DNA from: Pecten maximus
Lineage: Eukaryota
Assembly: GCF_902652985.1 (NCBI RefSeq)
Contig: NC_047028.1
Coordinates: 5,394,001-5,458,000 of the forward strand
DNA: 64,000 bases
Direction of reading: 5' to 3'
A program made the translations under genes and the position numbers. Below the pieces are notes generated by a model, which saw nothing but the letters and a program-made list of their open reading frames with translations, was not told the DNA's origin and did not search any database. This document shows, in pieces, positions 28,901 through 38,030 of the stretch (its first letter is position 1; the number at the start of each line of letters is the position of its first letter).

Positions 28901-31900
28901 TTACACCTGCAGCAGTCCAATCTAATCTGACAAATACGAGCGTAAGGCAAATGTTAAAACGTATCTGTTGTGGTCACATGACATCCAGGTCCTGTCAGTG
29001 AGACGATGGATGCACAAAGTCGTCAACTAGCACTGGTCAAAAAGCACTGGCATGAAGTTGGTTTTCAATGAATACCAAATGTATGTTCTGGTATCATATT
29101 CTCACATTTAAATTCATCGAAAGCTCGATATATCCCAGTTTAGAATTTCGTTTTGCATACTACAGAAAGCAAACTAAAAATATATCTTTTACTTATTTAA
29201 AGTTCAAGGTGGCACCACAATTTGTATTATACATGTGTATTACAAATTGCATCAAATGCGAGCTTTCGACATAGAATTTGATTGGGGGTTGGCAATCTGT
29301 TGAGTTTTGAGTGAAAATAGGATCATGCTTGTTTTGCCTTATTTGAAAAAAAGATGTAGCTCCTATTCTACCACAAAAATCGTACTAATGATTGCAAATT
29401 TGTATTGAATATATTTGCTTTTAAGCAGATTCGTATTCTTAAATTCCATTATTTCTGCCAACGCCTTTGTCTGTTATGTCGTGACAGGATCACCATTTAT
29501 ACAGGAGATCGATGAATTGACGTCACCCAAAGCTACAGGCGAAGGACTGGTCAAGGGAGTGACAGATTCTCCAGCCAAGTTCAATGTAGACGCCCGAGGA
29601 TTCTCGGGCGACTTATCTGTGATCATAACAGGTAAGAGGGAAGTTAAAAATACAATTCAACCTGTTTATATATCCACAATATGTCAATGATCTTAATTAT
29701 CTTATAATGTTATATCTTTGTATGTAAACATTGAAGCATGTTAATTTATGAACGTACATGTATACAATATCTTAATAATGGCAGGGCTAACTCCGTCACA
29801 CATGTCTCAATGTGTGTGTATAACACAGTCACAGTTGTCTCAATGTGTGTGTATAACACAGTCACAGTTGTCTACATGTGTGTATACCTAGATATGTCAG
29901 TGCTAACACAGTCACAGTTGTCTCAATGTGTGTGTATAACACAGTCACAGTTGTCTACATGTGTGTATACCTAGATATGTCAGTGATAACACAGTCACAG
30001 TTGTCTCAATGTGTGTGTATAACACAGTTACAGTTGTCTCAATGTGTGTATACCCAGATATGTCAGTGCTAACACAGTCACAGTTGTCTCAATGTGTGTG
30101 TATAACACAGTCACAGTTGTCTACATGTGTGTATACCTAGATATGTCAGTGCTAACACAGTCACAGTTGTCTCAATGTGTGTGTATAACACAGTCACAGT
30201 TGTCTCTACCTGAATACCGATGTTTATCTATTACTGCTGTGATACAGGACCTAACCATGCTGTACAGTGTACGACTACACCAGAGGAGGACGGAACACAC
30301 ACTGTAGTGTACTACCCTACTGACGTGGGACTCCACCGGATAAACATACGGCTGGACAACAAGGACATCGACAGTAAGTTGACTTCTCCCATAGTCAAGG
30401 GCTCTCCTTTGTAACCAGGAAATTATAAACATGAAATTTGATTGATCTGACGTACTAATTGAGATTATCTCCTTCATTTCTATTCACCCTTTTCCCTATT
30501 TATTCGTTTTTAGTACCTTTTAACTAAACAGCTGTTTTTACTATTTGTAACTCCACATGGTCCTATTCTGATTATACCATCAGAGTTATTCATATACAAT
30601 GCATCAGCATGAACATGATAATAAACATAACACCTGCTCGATATATGAATATTAACAATTTCAAGTGAACTAGGAAATATGATTTACCTACTATTTATCT
30701 GACGTTTTTCATATTATCTATTATTAGACATGTAAGGATCCCCTCAGGTTCTGTTTTTGTTGTTATCTACTAAACGATTTAAAATCAGGGGTAGAGTGAG
30801 ATCAGTAGGGATACATGAAGATAGACTTGGAATAGTGGAGAGCACAATGACGTTAGTCAAAATCAGGATGGGATGGGATGATGCCAGTCTCGGGGTAGGG
30901 GAAGAAGCAAATGAGATAGTTGGACGGGAGGGGGAATAGGATCAAATGATGAAGCAATCGAAGGGGAATTGACGAGGGAATCGAGATCAACAATGAATAA
31001 AGCACAAAATCAGAATGGGAAAAAAAAACAAACAAGGCTGACAAAAACACCCCTAACCCCCTCCCCCCCACCCCCCCCCCCCCCCCCCCTCTTTTTCGAA
31101 AACCTGAAAAAGTAATTCTAAATCAAAAACGAATTACACACAAGGGCAATTTACGAGATATAGATGTGACTTTTATGTTTGAACAGACAGTCCGTTCAAG
31201 CCGAGGATTGTGTGTCCGTCACGAGTACGAGTATCGGGAGGATGGCGCCCTCTTGTGGACGACAGAGAACGGATACCTTTAGTCGTCAACAAGGAGAAGC
31301 AAATACCCTTTGATGCCAGTGAAGCTGGTCCAGGAGAGTTAACAGCAGATGTACACGGTCCAAGCTTCAAAGGTGCCTAATGCAGTAGATTCAAGAGGAT
31401 CGGGGAAACATATACTTGTCTTTACTCCCAAGGAGGAAGGTATTACTCATCAAGAATTATCGACAAGGGAGCATGCTGAACGCCAAAGTCTGGCATCTTA
31501 CACCAGCGTATTTCTGCTTCTAGCTATTCTATACAGACATGTTATGGCTATATACTTACAGTTGATAGTATTTTGCATCCGTCTCATAGGTAATATTGTA
31601 TCTGAATTTATATTCTCGGTCGGCCGGAAATACATACATTCACGATATATATCGTTTTTTTTCAACATCACCTATAGCTGATTAAAAATAAGATTATCTA
31701 CAGTTTTAATTGACGCTATGCTATTTTGACTTTGGAAAATGTCGGTTTTTCATTTTAACCAATATCTGTAATGCTTTTTCCATGAAAAATAAAAGACGAA
31801 GTAAACTCAATTTCATATACATTGTAAATATGATTGGGCAGTGTTTTGTGTCTTAATATGAAATTGAATTACTTAATTAGCATATGTGTGACTTCCTAGA

Positions 31901-34900
31901 TTAAAGTAATTTCTAAATACATATTCCATTCGATGGATATATTATTTTTTGTTATTTTTGTACACGAAAGGTAAACATTATATAGATGTCCGATGGAGTG
32001 GCCACGCCCTGCCTAACACTCCCTACCTAGGGTTCGCCACGCGCCAGCCAGAGGGCGTCACCGAAGAACAACCTTCATTCCAGTCCATCATTTTACTAAA
32101 AAATCCAGATGGGTCTAGGTAAACGTCATTTTCTATTGGTTGTCAGTATGTCACCTGTTAGATTTAAGTATTAACATATGATTTCCTGATGAGATGAGTT
32201 TTCATCGCGTACTGTTATCCCTAGATCAGTTTAGGTGCAAATTGACAGGCATGTTAGTACGTTATACTGATGTGTGTTTTCGTCCTTTTGGGTGGGTAAG
32301 ACATGGTTGGGAGTACATGCTTCCCAATAGGGTACACTGAAGTTTGTTTTCGTCCTTTTGGGTGGGTAAGACATGGTTGGGAGTACATGCTTCCTAATAG
32401 GGTACACTGAAGTTTGCTTTCGTCATTTTGGGTGGGTACGACATGGTTGGGAGTACATGCTTCCGAAAAGGGTACACTGAAGTTTGCTGTCGTCATTTTG
32501 GGTGAGGAAGATAGGGTTGGGAGGACATGCTTCCTAATAAGGTACACTTAAGTTTGCTTTCGTCATTTTGGGTCGGGAAGATAGGGTTGGGAGGACATGC
32601 TGCCTTATTAAGTACACTGATATTTTCTCTCGTTATCTTATTTGGGTGGAAAAGACTGGACCTGGTATACAATATCTATATTACGGTACCCTGATATTGC
32701 TGTTGTAATTCTGGGTGGAGAAGACATGGTTGTGAGTACAAGCTTCCTAATAAGGTACGCTGATGTTTTATCTCGTTATCTGATTTGGGAGGGAAATACA
32801 GGATTTGTATACAATATCTATATTACCTCACCATGATATTGATGTCCTGTTATAATTTTGGGTGGAGAAGACAGTGCTGGGGCTACATGGTTGTTAACAA
32901 TACACGGATATTGTCTCTTCCAACAGTGACAGTGATACTTCCGACGACAATGATCCTCGTAAGAAGAAGAGGCGTGCCGTCCGTAAAATACCCAGCTACA
33001 CTAGTTCCGACTCAAATCGCAGACCTCCTAGAATAACAGTTTTACGTCACAGATCTGACGTAGGCTACCCACCAAACCCACGACTTCATGTCCTCAAACA
33101 CCAACGTGAGTTTCCACATACATGTACTACTTAAATCGTTTATATCCTCAGAATGACAAATAAATTCTACTTCAACATCACTGTCAGTCTCGTAGATTGA
33201 GTTAGTATTGTGTTACAGCCAGCCTACGGTCCAGTACCACGGTAACTGATGACGAATCCGGAGTAGGGGGTCCCCGGATATCCGCTGTGTACGTCCCCAC
33301 TAGTCCTAGCCTGAGTTCCCGCTCCTCTCGCCCTCCTTCCTACAAAGTTGACGAAACTCACCAGAATGGCCCAAAGATTCCGTATGTGGCCCCCAAAGTA
33401 GTACTCACTGGCCCCGGTCTGAAGGAAGCCTGGGTGGGAAAACCAACAGTGTTCTATATAGACGGCACTGATGCACCGGAAGGTGAGTGTTACTGCGTTG
33501 ATTAAGACGATCATGTAACAGGAAGTAGACTATACCAGATTTTAAACGGTGTCACTTCGTGTTAGCGCAGATATTATTGAAAATATTAATAATTTCCTAA
33601 AACTTTGATTTCAACATCATACACAACTACAACAACTTTTTTTTTTTATCAAAATATAAAAATTTCCTAGTAGAAATATAAAAAAAACAACATTGTATTT
33701 GAATTAAGATACAAACAAAATATCAACATATCCGTATGGAAATGCCTATATATTATTAAAACATCCTGTTATACCAAAAGATGTCAATATTCCTCAAAAG
33801 CACTTATTAGAATAAAGAAACAATGATGGAATTTCCTTTTCCGAATTTGCAGGAACCCCGGATGTGCACCTTGGCAGTGTCAACCATGAAATATATGTTG
33901 ATGCCACTCCGACAGGTCCCAAGTACTACACGTGTTTTTATACACCCAAGGTAATCTACAGGGAATCACAAAGCACAAATATTGAACGTGGCGTTGTACA
34001 GAAGAGATAGAATGCATGTGAATTGTACCTGTAATATCATCTACGTGATGTTATACTAATGTGACATGGTAAACCAGGTGTGTGTTTCTATCTATCTCAG
34101 TTATCTTCACTGACAAGGCACATATACTCTGTTACTGCCGATTCAGTAATCGCCAAAGAGGCAGACTTTTAAACGAAAGCATGTTTTTTTTAAACAGGAA
34201 CCTGGTGCCTATCTTCTGAACATTAGTTGGAATAAACACCCTCTGAGATGCTGCCCGTTGAAATTGAACGTTCACAAGTTGCCCGAACACAGACCACCAA
34301 GTATCCGAACCAGTGTGACTGACAATGATAACGTAAACAGGAGTCCACCACAGATAGACCCGATAAATATCCGAGAGGGAGTCGTGGGTAGGCCCATCGT
34401 CGTCAGTATTGATACCACCAAACTGGAGCCGGGTAGGTATTCACCACATAGGTATTCTGGTATACAGGAAACAAGTGACCAGTGACCATTTACAAGTACA
34501 CCTACAAATTAGGGACGCGACACCAATTAATATACACTCTGAACATGAACTTGATACACGCGGACACGAGACAAGTTAATTGATATGTGTAGAACAGCTT
34601 TGAGACGATAATATTGTTGTGCTTTAGTAGTACATAAGGATTTATATTATTATCATTATTTTTCATTTCAACAATTTTCGTTGGGGAACAATTGGATTGA
34701 ACATCAGACTTAAGCCTATATCATTACTATTACATTGTGTAATATTTGTATATACCTTTTAATTAAGCAATTTTCGCTGGTTCGTTTCTTGAAATACGTT
34801 ACAATACGGATTGGTGCAGTACGAAAGTCGAAAATAGAATAGAAATAAAAAACAGGCAAAAGGTTCAGACTATGGAAGCCATAGTATTTACATTGAAAAA

Positions 34901-37744
34901 TGCAATATACATTTATAAAAAAAATATATAACGTTAAAAGAAAGAAAAAATAGTTTTATTATTGGATGGCTTAGACCGCATTGAGTTTGTAGCTGACAAT
35001 CATAGCATACATACATGTATCATGAAAAAATATGAAATTTAAATCGACGAATAGATAGTTTTATTATATTTTTCTACATTGGCAAAATGGGTTAATTATG
35101 TGTCTATATCCTGTAGTCTCATCCATTTAACGGAATCATCTGAATTATTCATCCATTGATGTCCATTCGGAAGAAATGTTATAAACAACAGTCATTAATT
35201 ATACTTCTCTTTCCATTTCCTCGACAGAGACTCGTAAGTATACCTCGTGGTAATTGAGACACTATATATAGTGGATGACCCTGGCATGCCTCTGTATTTA
35301 CCGTCCCACAGCATGTATTTTACAATTTCTCGGGTTTTACTGTATGTTCAGTATATAACCTTTGTTGTATTGTTGACTGGCTCCATGGCATGTCGATCTA
35401 TATACTCCCATTACCATGGACGAATCTTGTGAATCTGGACGAAATGCTTTAATTCAAATTAATAATAAATGATAATTTGAAAAAGTATCTTTTAACAAGA
35501 AAATTCATTTTTATTTTCGAATTCAATTGCCAAAATTCACGAGATTCAGCAATGCTGTTGGTGTCGTATCGATGACCGCCAAAGTTTTTGTTTTACCTGT
35601 ATATACATTGCAAATATATTAGAGGCATTTACTTGTGATATAATTATTATCTTGTCTATAATTGACAGTTAAAGTTACAAAACTGATTTGTTTGATTAGT
35701 TTTGTAAATATTTTCTTAATTTGTTACTACTTTTTCTCAAGCAATCAGTTGTTTTTATGAATGAAATTGAAGGAACGGTTTACTTCAAATGTACAAATCG
35801 TGCATGTTGAGATCTTTTCAATGTTTTTTTTTTTTTTTTTTTGTCTTTAATTATCCATTGTAAGTGTTGAGTAGAACATTTTTCTTTGGACTTTACATTG
35901 TTAGGATAACATTTATTTATGTATATAATATATCTACGGTAATGATACTTTTTGAGTGATGTACGACCCATCATGACTGCTAGGTGTTGCAGCATGGAAT
36001 TGAATGGTTTTTCAGAGTAAAGCTTTTTGTTATTAATGTAATTAACACGTTGCGTGATTTAAATGAATGATGTCTCTTTTTCAAAGGAAAATTAAATTGT
36101 ATCAGGCGTCTTCACTTCATATGTGAGGGAAACCTTTGTTTTATACGCTGTGAAGTGATCTGAAATTCAAATTGTCATTTTTTCTTCAAACGAGCTAAGA
36201 GTGTTTTTTTTTTTTTTTTGTATTTTTACGCTTAGGGTGAATAACTTGCATAAAGGTAGGCAGGGAGTAAAGTCTGTTTATTGCACACAGGTGAGCTGAG
36301 AGTAAATTCTTTGTTTCTTGAACACAGGTGAGCTGAGGGTAAATTGTCTGTTTATTACACACAGGTGATCTGACGGTAAACTGTCTGTTTATCACACACA
36401 GGTGAGTTGAGAGTGAACTGTACTGGACCTAATGGTGAGATAGTACCGGTTGTATCGACACCACAGAGTGACGGGACTCTTAATGTACAGCTCCGACCTG
36501 TCGGACCGGGCAGGCATATACTCAACGTCCGTCTCAACGACAAACACATATTCGGTCAGTTCGGGTTAATACTGAGTAAATTATTGGTTGTCAATATCAG
36601 TCTAGCTGTTTGTGGCTCAACTGTATCTAACTCTTAATTTTGGAAAGGTGCTAGTACCTCGTGCCTTTTGTACAATCCTATGACCGCGGTTCACCTCTGA
36701 TAACATTAATGGGTGTATCCATTACAGATAGCCCGTATTCTATAGACTTGTCCGGTTACATTTCTCTTGAATATCAAAATAAGAAAATTTGACTCCAGGA
36801 TATGTCTGATTTTAAGTTTCAACTTAGGGGAGACAAGCTAGTATTATAATTTAGTGAAGCAATCCTAACAAGGAAAATTGGGGGCTGTTGGCCAGTCTAG
36901 TCTCCTGACAACATTTCTGAATGTATCTATTACAGCTAGCCCGTATGCTATAGACGTCCGCCTCAACCCTAACATAGGTACAGTAGACGTCTACGGGCCG
37001 GGGATCTCCAACGGAATCCTGCCGCAATTCGAGGGCCAGTTCTGGGTTGACGCTACTAATGCTGGGGCAGGCGAGATACATGTCAGCATCATGGGACCAA
37101 AGGGTAACTCACATTACAAGGATTAAAACATATTAGTTACCGCAAGATTGTAATCAAAGCTTAAAGTTAGGGTTCAACAATGGTTACAATGATAGACAAT
37201 ATGTATGCTTAGCCATATAGAAAAGTTTAACAGTCTTAACATTATTAGACGTAGTACCTGCAAAAATGTATTTAAAAATACCATTTTCTGAGGAATAGTG
37301 AGACAACTTATCTGAAATGTAAAATAAAGTGTTATAGACTTGCTTGTAGGTTGTTGTCAATGTGTTGTTCTACACAATTAAAAATCTTCTTACAATTCAG
37401 ATATTTACTGTCTGTACAAATGTAGTTGTATTTTGTCCTCGATACATTTGTGATACTATCTCCCTCTAGGTGCCTTCCGGGTGGAGATGATGCGCTCAAG
37501 CCAGAAGACAAAAGTGTTCCACTGCCGGTACAACCCTATTGAACCTGGCGTGTACAACGTCAATGTGTTTTGGTCAGGCAAACACATCAAGGACAGCCCC
37601 TACACCGTACTACTGGGCGTGTCGGAGGCCGACCTGGACCGTATGGTTCTGGAACAGAGAGCCTCCCTGCTTCCGGGCCCGCCATCACACCGAGGGTCTT
37701 ACAAATACATCCCTGCTTCGGACGAGTCGGGTATCATATATTGA
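5352..37744 (+). CDS. jbug: Filamin-family actin-binding protein, jitterbug/FLN-2-like (3 CH domains + ~8 filamin repeats); 25 coding exons, ~1472 aa if the exon-17 frameshift is corrected
   Basis: Exons joined at GT-AG sites with consistent phases: 5352-5655, 12557-12746, 13086-13151, 16984-17197, 19583-19691, 20849-21015, 21302-21591, 24486-24693, 24885-25002, 25701-25832, 26489-26662, 27046-27156, 27937-28056, 28684-28857, 29488-29631, 30248-30373, 31187-31439, 31971-32118, 32927-33105, 33219-33482, 33853-33950, 34198-34432, 36402-36554, 36936-37103, 37470-37744 (TGA). Motifs: WMQIQKDTFTNWVN (filamin CH1), FTSDWTDG and FTTDWNDG (CH2/CH3), GSPF/DSPY and AGxG repeat motifs, C-terminal GAFRVEM..CRYNPIEPG. 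The orthology label is inference. Confidence 0.88.
6802..6860. repeat. (GT)n microsatellite
   Basis: Direct reading. Confidence 0.95.
7497..8770. repeat. 24-25-bp minisatellite, ~50 copies
   Basis: Unit TATGATGATGTTGTCCTGTCCCTCG. Confidence 0.95.
9694..9920. repeat. 61-bp tandem repeat (~3.7 copies), two CACTTCCGG motifs per unit
   Basis: TATAGCATTCACTTCCGGTACTAGCAAGCAACATTCACTTCCGGCACTATTAGTACATTTG. Confidence 0.93.
10884..10930. repeat. (CGT/CAT)n trinucleotide microsatellite
   Basis: Direct reading. Confidence 0.9.
11255..11822. repeat. 32-bp minisatellite, ~18 copies
   Basis: Unit GACGTATTCGTCACACTACATATTCTTGCCCA. Confidence 0.95.
12048..12594 (+). repeat. 57/60-bp tandem repeat made of the exon-2 acceptor plus the first 38 coding nt
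   Basis: CGTGTTTTATTTATAG|ATAGTAAGGAGATTCTCGAAGGTAACCACAAACTTATT repeated ~9x; the last copy runs into exon 2. Confidence 0.93.
12557..12746 (+). CDS. Filamin exon 2 (CH1 end / CH2 start)
   Basis: DSKEILEGNHKLILALIWQLIIRYQIG..WMLAWLQAVLPECNITNFTSDWTDGTAL; TTATAG acceptor, GTGAGT donor; not in the ORF track. Confidence 0.9.
13086..13151 (+). CDS. Filamin exon 3 (CH2)
   Basis: ALLDFCVSGLCSTWRSCDKSD; phase 2-2, TTTATAG / GTAAGG. Confidence 0.85.
14797..14883. repeat. 22-bp tandem repeat, 4 copies
   Basis: GTTAAATATGTGTACAGAAATA. Confidence 0.9.
15548..16715. repeat. 16-bp polypurine minisatellite, ~70 copies
   Basis: Unit GGGGAAACGGAGAGAT. Confidence 0.95.
16984..17197 (+). CDS. Filamin exon 4 (CH2 end / CH3 start)
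   Basis: ENNCRKAMKLARQQFGIPLILRPEYMASPELDEMSAITYLSYF..VFNFT; TTCCAG / GTAAGT. Confidence 0.9.
17254..17383. repeat. 36-bp tandem repeat, ~3.5 copies
   Basis: ATAATATAATGATGTCACTGTCAACATAATTATACA. Confidence 0.85.
17936..18202. repeat. 26-bp minisatellite, ~10 copies
   Basis: CACATTCGGGTATCAGGTGTGTGTTT. Confidence 0.95.
18244..19138. repeat. 36-bp minisatellite, ~24 copies
   Basis: TATAGATACATGTATGGGGTGATAGGTATCTTGTCT. Confidence 0.95.
19583..19691 (+). CDS. Filamin exon 5 (CH3)
   Basis: TDWNDGRVLCELVTNLGAVIPSWP..IDLLQQ; TTACAG / GTAAAA. Confidence 0.88.
19666..20308 (+). repeat. 80-bp tandem repeat (8 copies) made of the last ~25 nt of exon 5 plus its splice donor
   Basis: GCTTCAACAAG|GTAAAA recurs at 19681, 19761, 19841, 19921, 20001, 20081, 20161 and 20241. 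Confidence 0.95.
20310..20725. repeat. ~62-bp tandem repeat, ~6.5 copies
   Basis: AAACATGGACTTGTTACTGTAGTTACGAACTAGTTACTTATGAGGTTAAAATCTGGCGGCAT. Confidence 0.92.
20849..21015 (+). CDS. Filamin exon 6 (CH3 end)
   Basis: GINGGKRLNVDPVVPAADMAEEETEHLGIMAYAARF..; phases match flanking exons. Confidence 0.85.
21302..21591 (+). CDS. Filamin exon 7 (non-repeat linker)
   Basis: VVVLEKRPSLRQ..DADPSY; donor TA|GTAAGT, phase 2 fits exon 8. Confidence 0.72.
21748..24244. repeat. 35-bp minisatellite, ~70 copies (2.5 kb)
   Basis: AATAACAAGTTATTGACAGTACCAATACCTCTCAC; contains the CAATAAC-AA-GTTATTG palindrome. Confidence 0.97.
24486..24693 (+). CDS. Filamin exon 8 (linker / first repeat)
   Basis: VMSPKQHQ..RRPSLRAAT..ETFSVGVIITEK; CTACAG / GTTTGT. 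Confidence 0.72.
24885..25002 (+). CDS. Filamin exon 9
   Basis: YHDIISKDEVRVEALSPTGR..YHADFSADEI; donor GTAAGT. Confidence 0.8.
25390..25609. mobile_element. Palindromic MITE, probably Tc1/mariner type (TA target)
   Basis: TA-CGGTGGCTG...CAGCCACCG-TA termini; imperfect inverted symmetry extends ~80 bp inward (TTATTTCGAC/GTCGAAATAA, TTTCGCC/GGCGAAA). Confidence 0.75.
25701..25832 (+). CDS. Filamin exon 10
   Basis: GEWYIKVFINDRQVNSCPMDVSDPSQVKVNGIKQGIVGRPQTFK; strong polypyrimidine CAG. Confidence 0.88.
25859..26077. repeat. 33-bp minisatellite, ~6.5 copies
   Basis: TTACATATGGCGTACTGTTCAAACGTAGAAATA. Confidence 0.93.
26489..26662 (+). CDS. Filamin exon 11
   Basis: VDCRRAGSGEVEVQI..YTPLYPGIHRMRVSFN. 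Confidence 0.9.
27046..27156 (+). CDS. Filamin exon 12 (candidate 111-nt symmetric cassette exon)
   Basis: CAG|EADFIIGEGSDG..TVRTA|GTAAGT; phase 1-1, open frame, weak polypyrimidine tract. Confidence 0.55.
27937..28056 (+). CDS. Filamin exon 13
   Basis: DWQIDYVTGGPIEVNMAETCDVKVYSMKDGTVCASPHLI; TCACAG / GTAAGT. Confidence 0.8.
28684..28857 (+). CDS. Filamin exon 14
   Basis: VDCTDSPNGRLEADV..FRPRGPGLYKVFVVYDGVNVK; donor GTAAGT. Confidence 0.9.
29488..29631 (+). CDS. Filamin exon 15
   Basis: GSPFIQEI..ATGEGLVKG..FNVDARGFSGDLSVIIT. Confidence 0.9.
29803..30206. repeat. Composite 33/50-bp tandem repeat
   Basis: TAACACAGTCACAGTTGTCTCAATGTGTGTGTA alternating with a longer variant ending CCTAGATATGTCAGTGC. 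Confidence 0.9.
30248..30373 (+). CDS. Filamin exon 16
   Basis: GPNHAVQC..DGTHTVVYYPTDVGLHRINIRLDNKDID. Confidence 0.9.
31187..31439 (+). CDS. Filamin exon 17 (contains a +1 frameshift near 31363-31371)
   Basis: SPFKPRIV..SGGWRPLVD..FDASEAGPGELTADVHGPS, then TAA at 31378; the +1 frame continues KVPNAVDSRGSGKHILVFTPKEE to donor GTATTA. Confidence 0.85.
31971..32118 (+). CDS. Filamin exon 18
   Basis: GKHYIDVRWSGHALPNTPYLGFA..; donor AG|GTAAAC. Confidence 0.88.
32265..32765. repeat. 70-bp tandem repeat, progressively degenerate
   Basis: GTACACTGAAGTTTGCTTTCGTCATTTTGGGTGGG..AGACATGGTTGGGAGTACATGCTTCCTAATA. Confidence 0.85.
32927..33105 (+). CDS. Filamin exon 19 (basic/Ser-rich insert)
   Basis: SDSDTSDDNDPRKKKRRAVRK..LKHQ; phase 2-1 is needed to link exons 18 and 20. 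Confidence 0.75.
33219..33482 (+). CDS. Filamin exon 20
   Basis: PSLRSSTTVTDDESG..KVVLTGPGLKEAWVGKPTVFYIDGTDAPE; donor GTGAGT. Confidence 0.85.
33853..33950 (+). CDS. Filamin exon 21
   Basis: GTPDVHLG..KYYTCFYTPK; TTGCAG / GTAATC. Confidence 0.85.
34198..34432 (+). CDS. Filamin exon 22
   Basis: EPGAYLLNISWNKHPLRCCPLKLNV..GVVGRPIVVSIDTTKLEP. Confidence 0.87.
36258..36420 (+). repeat. 37-bp tandem repeat of the exon-23 acceptor junction
   Basis: ACACAG|GTGA(G)CTGA junctions with the AG ending at 36290, 36327, 36364 and 36401. Confidence 0.88.
36402..36554 (+). CDS. Filamin exon 23
   Basis: GELRVNCTGPNG..DGTLNVQLRPVGPGRHILNVRLNDKHIF. Confidence 0.9.
36936..37103 (+). CDS. Filamin exon 24
   Basis: SPYAIDV..VYGPGISNG..FWVDATNAGAGEIHVSIMGPK. 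Confidence 0.9.
37470..37744 (+). CDS. Filamin exon 25 (last repeat, stop)
   Basis: GAFRVEMMRSSQK..CRYNPIEPGVYNVNVFWSGKHIKDSPY..SGIIY*. Confidence 0.9.
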
Positions 37745-37781
37745 CCTGAAAACTTTGCATAAAGTTCAAATTACCGATTAG

Positions 37782-38030
37782 AATAAAATGTATTGTCGGT
37801 TATCTCCGGAAAATGTTAGAATGTACATCGTCTTGAATGTTGCATAAACCGAATATTTGATATTTTACATGCTACACATGAGACACAATTACATGTATAT
37901 AGAATATAGTTTATGTTATGTGTACCAAGTCTGCCACGATGGCAGGCCTAGGTTGTAAAACAGCATACCATGTGGATCACATGTGTATCATTAACCTGAA
38001 TGTAGCATTTTAGCTGTCATATGGAATAAA
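37782..38030 (+). terminator. Candidate polyadenylation signals of the filamin gene
   Basis: AATAAA at 37782-37787 and 38025-38030, downstream of the stop codon. Confidence 0.35.
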
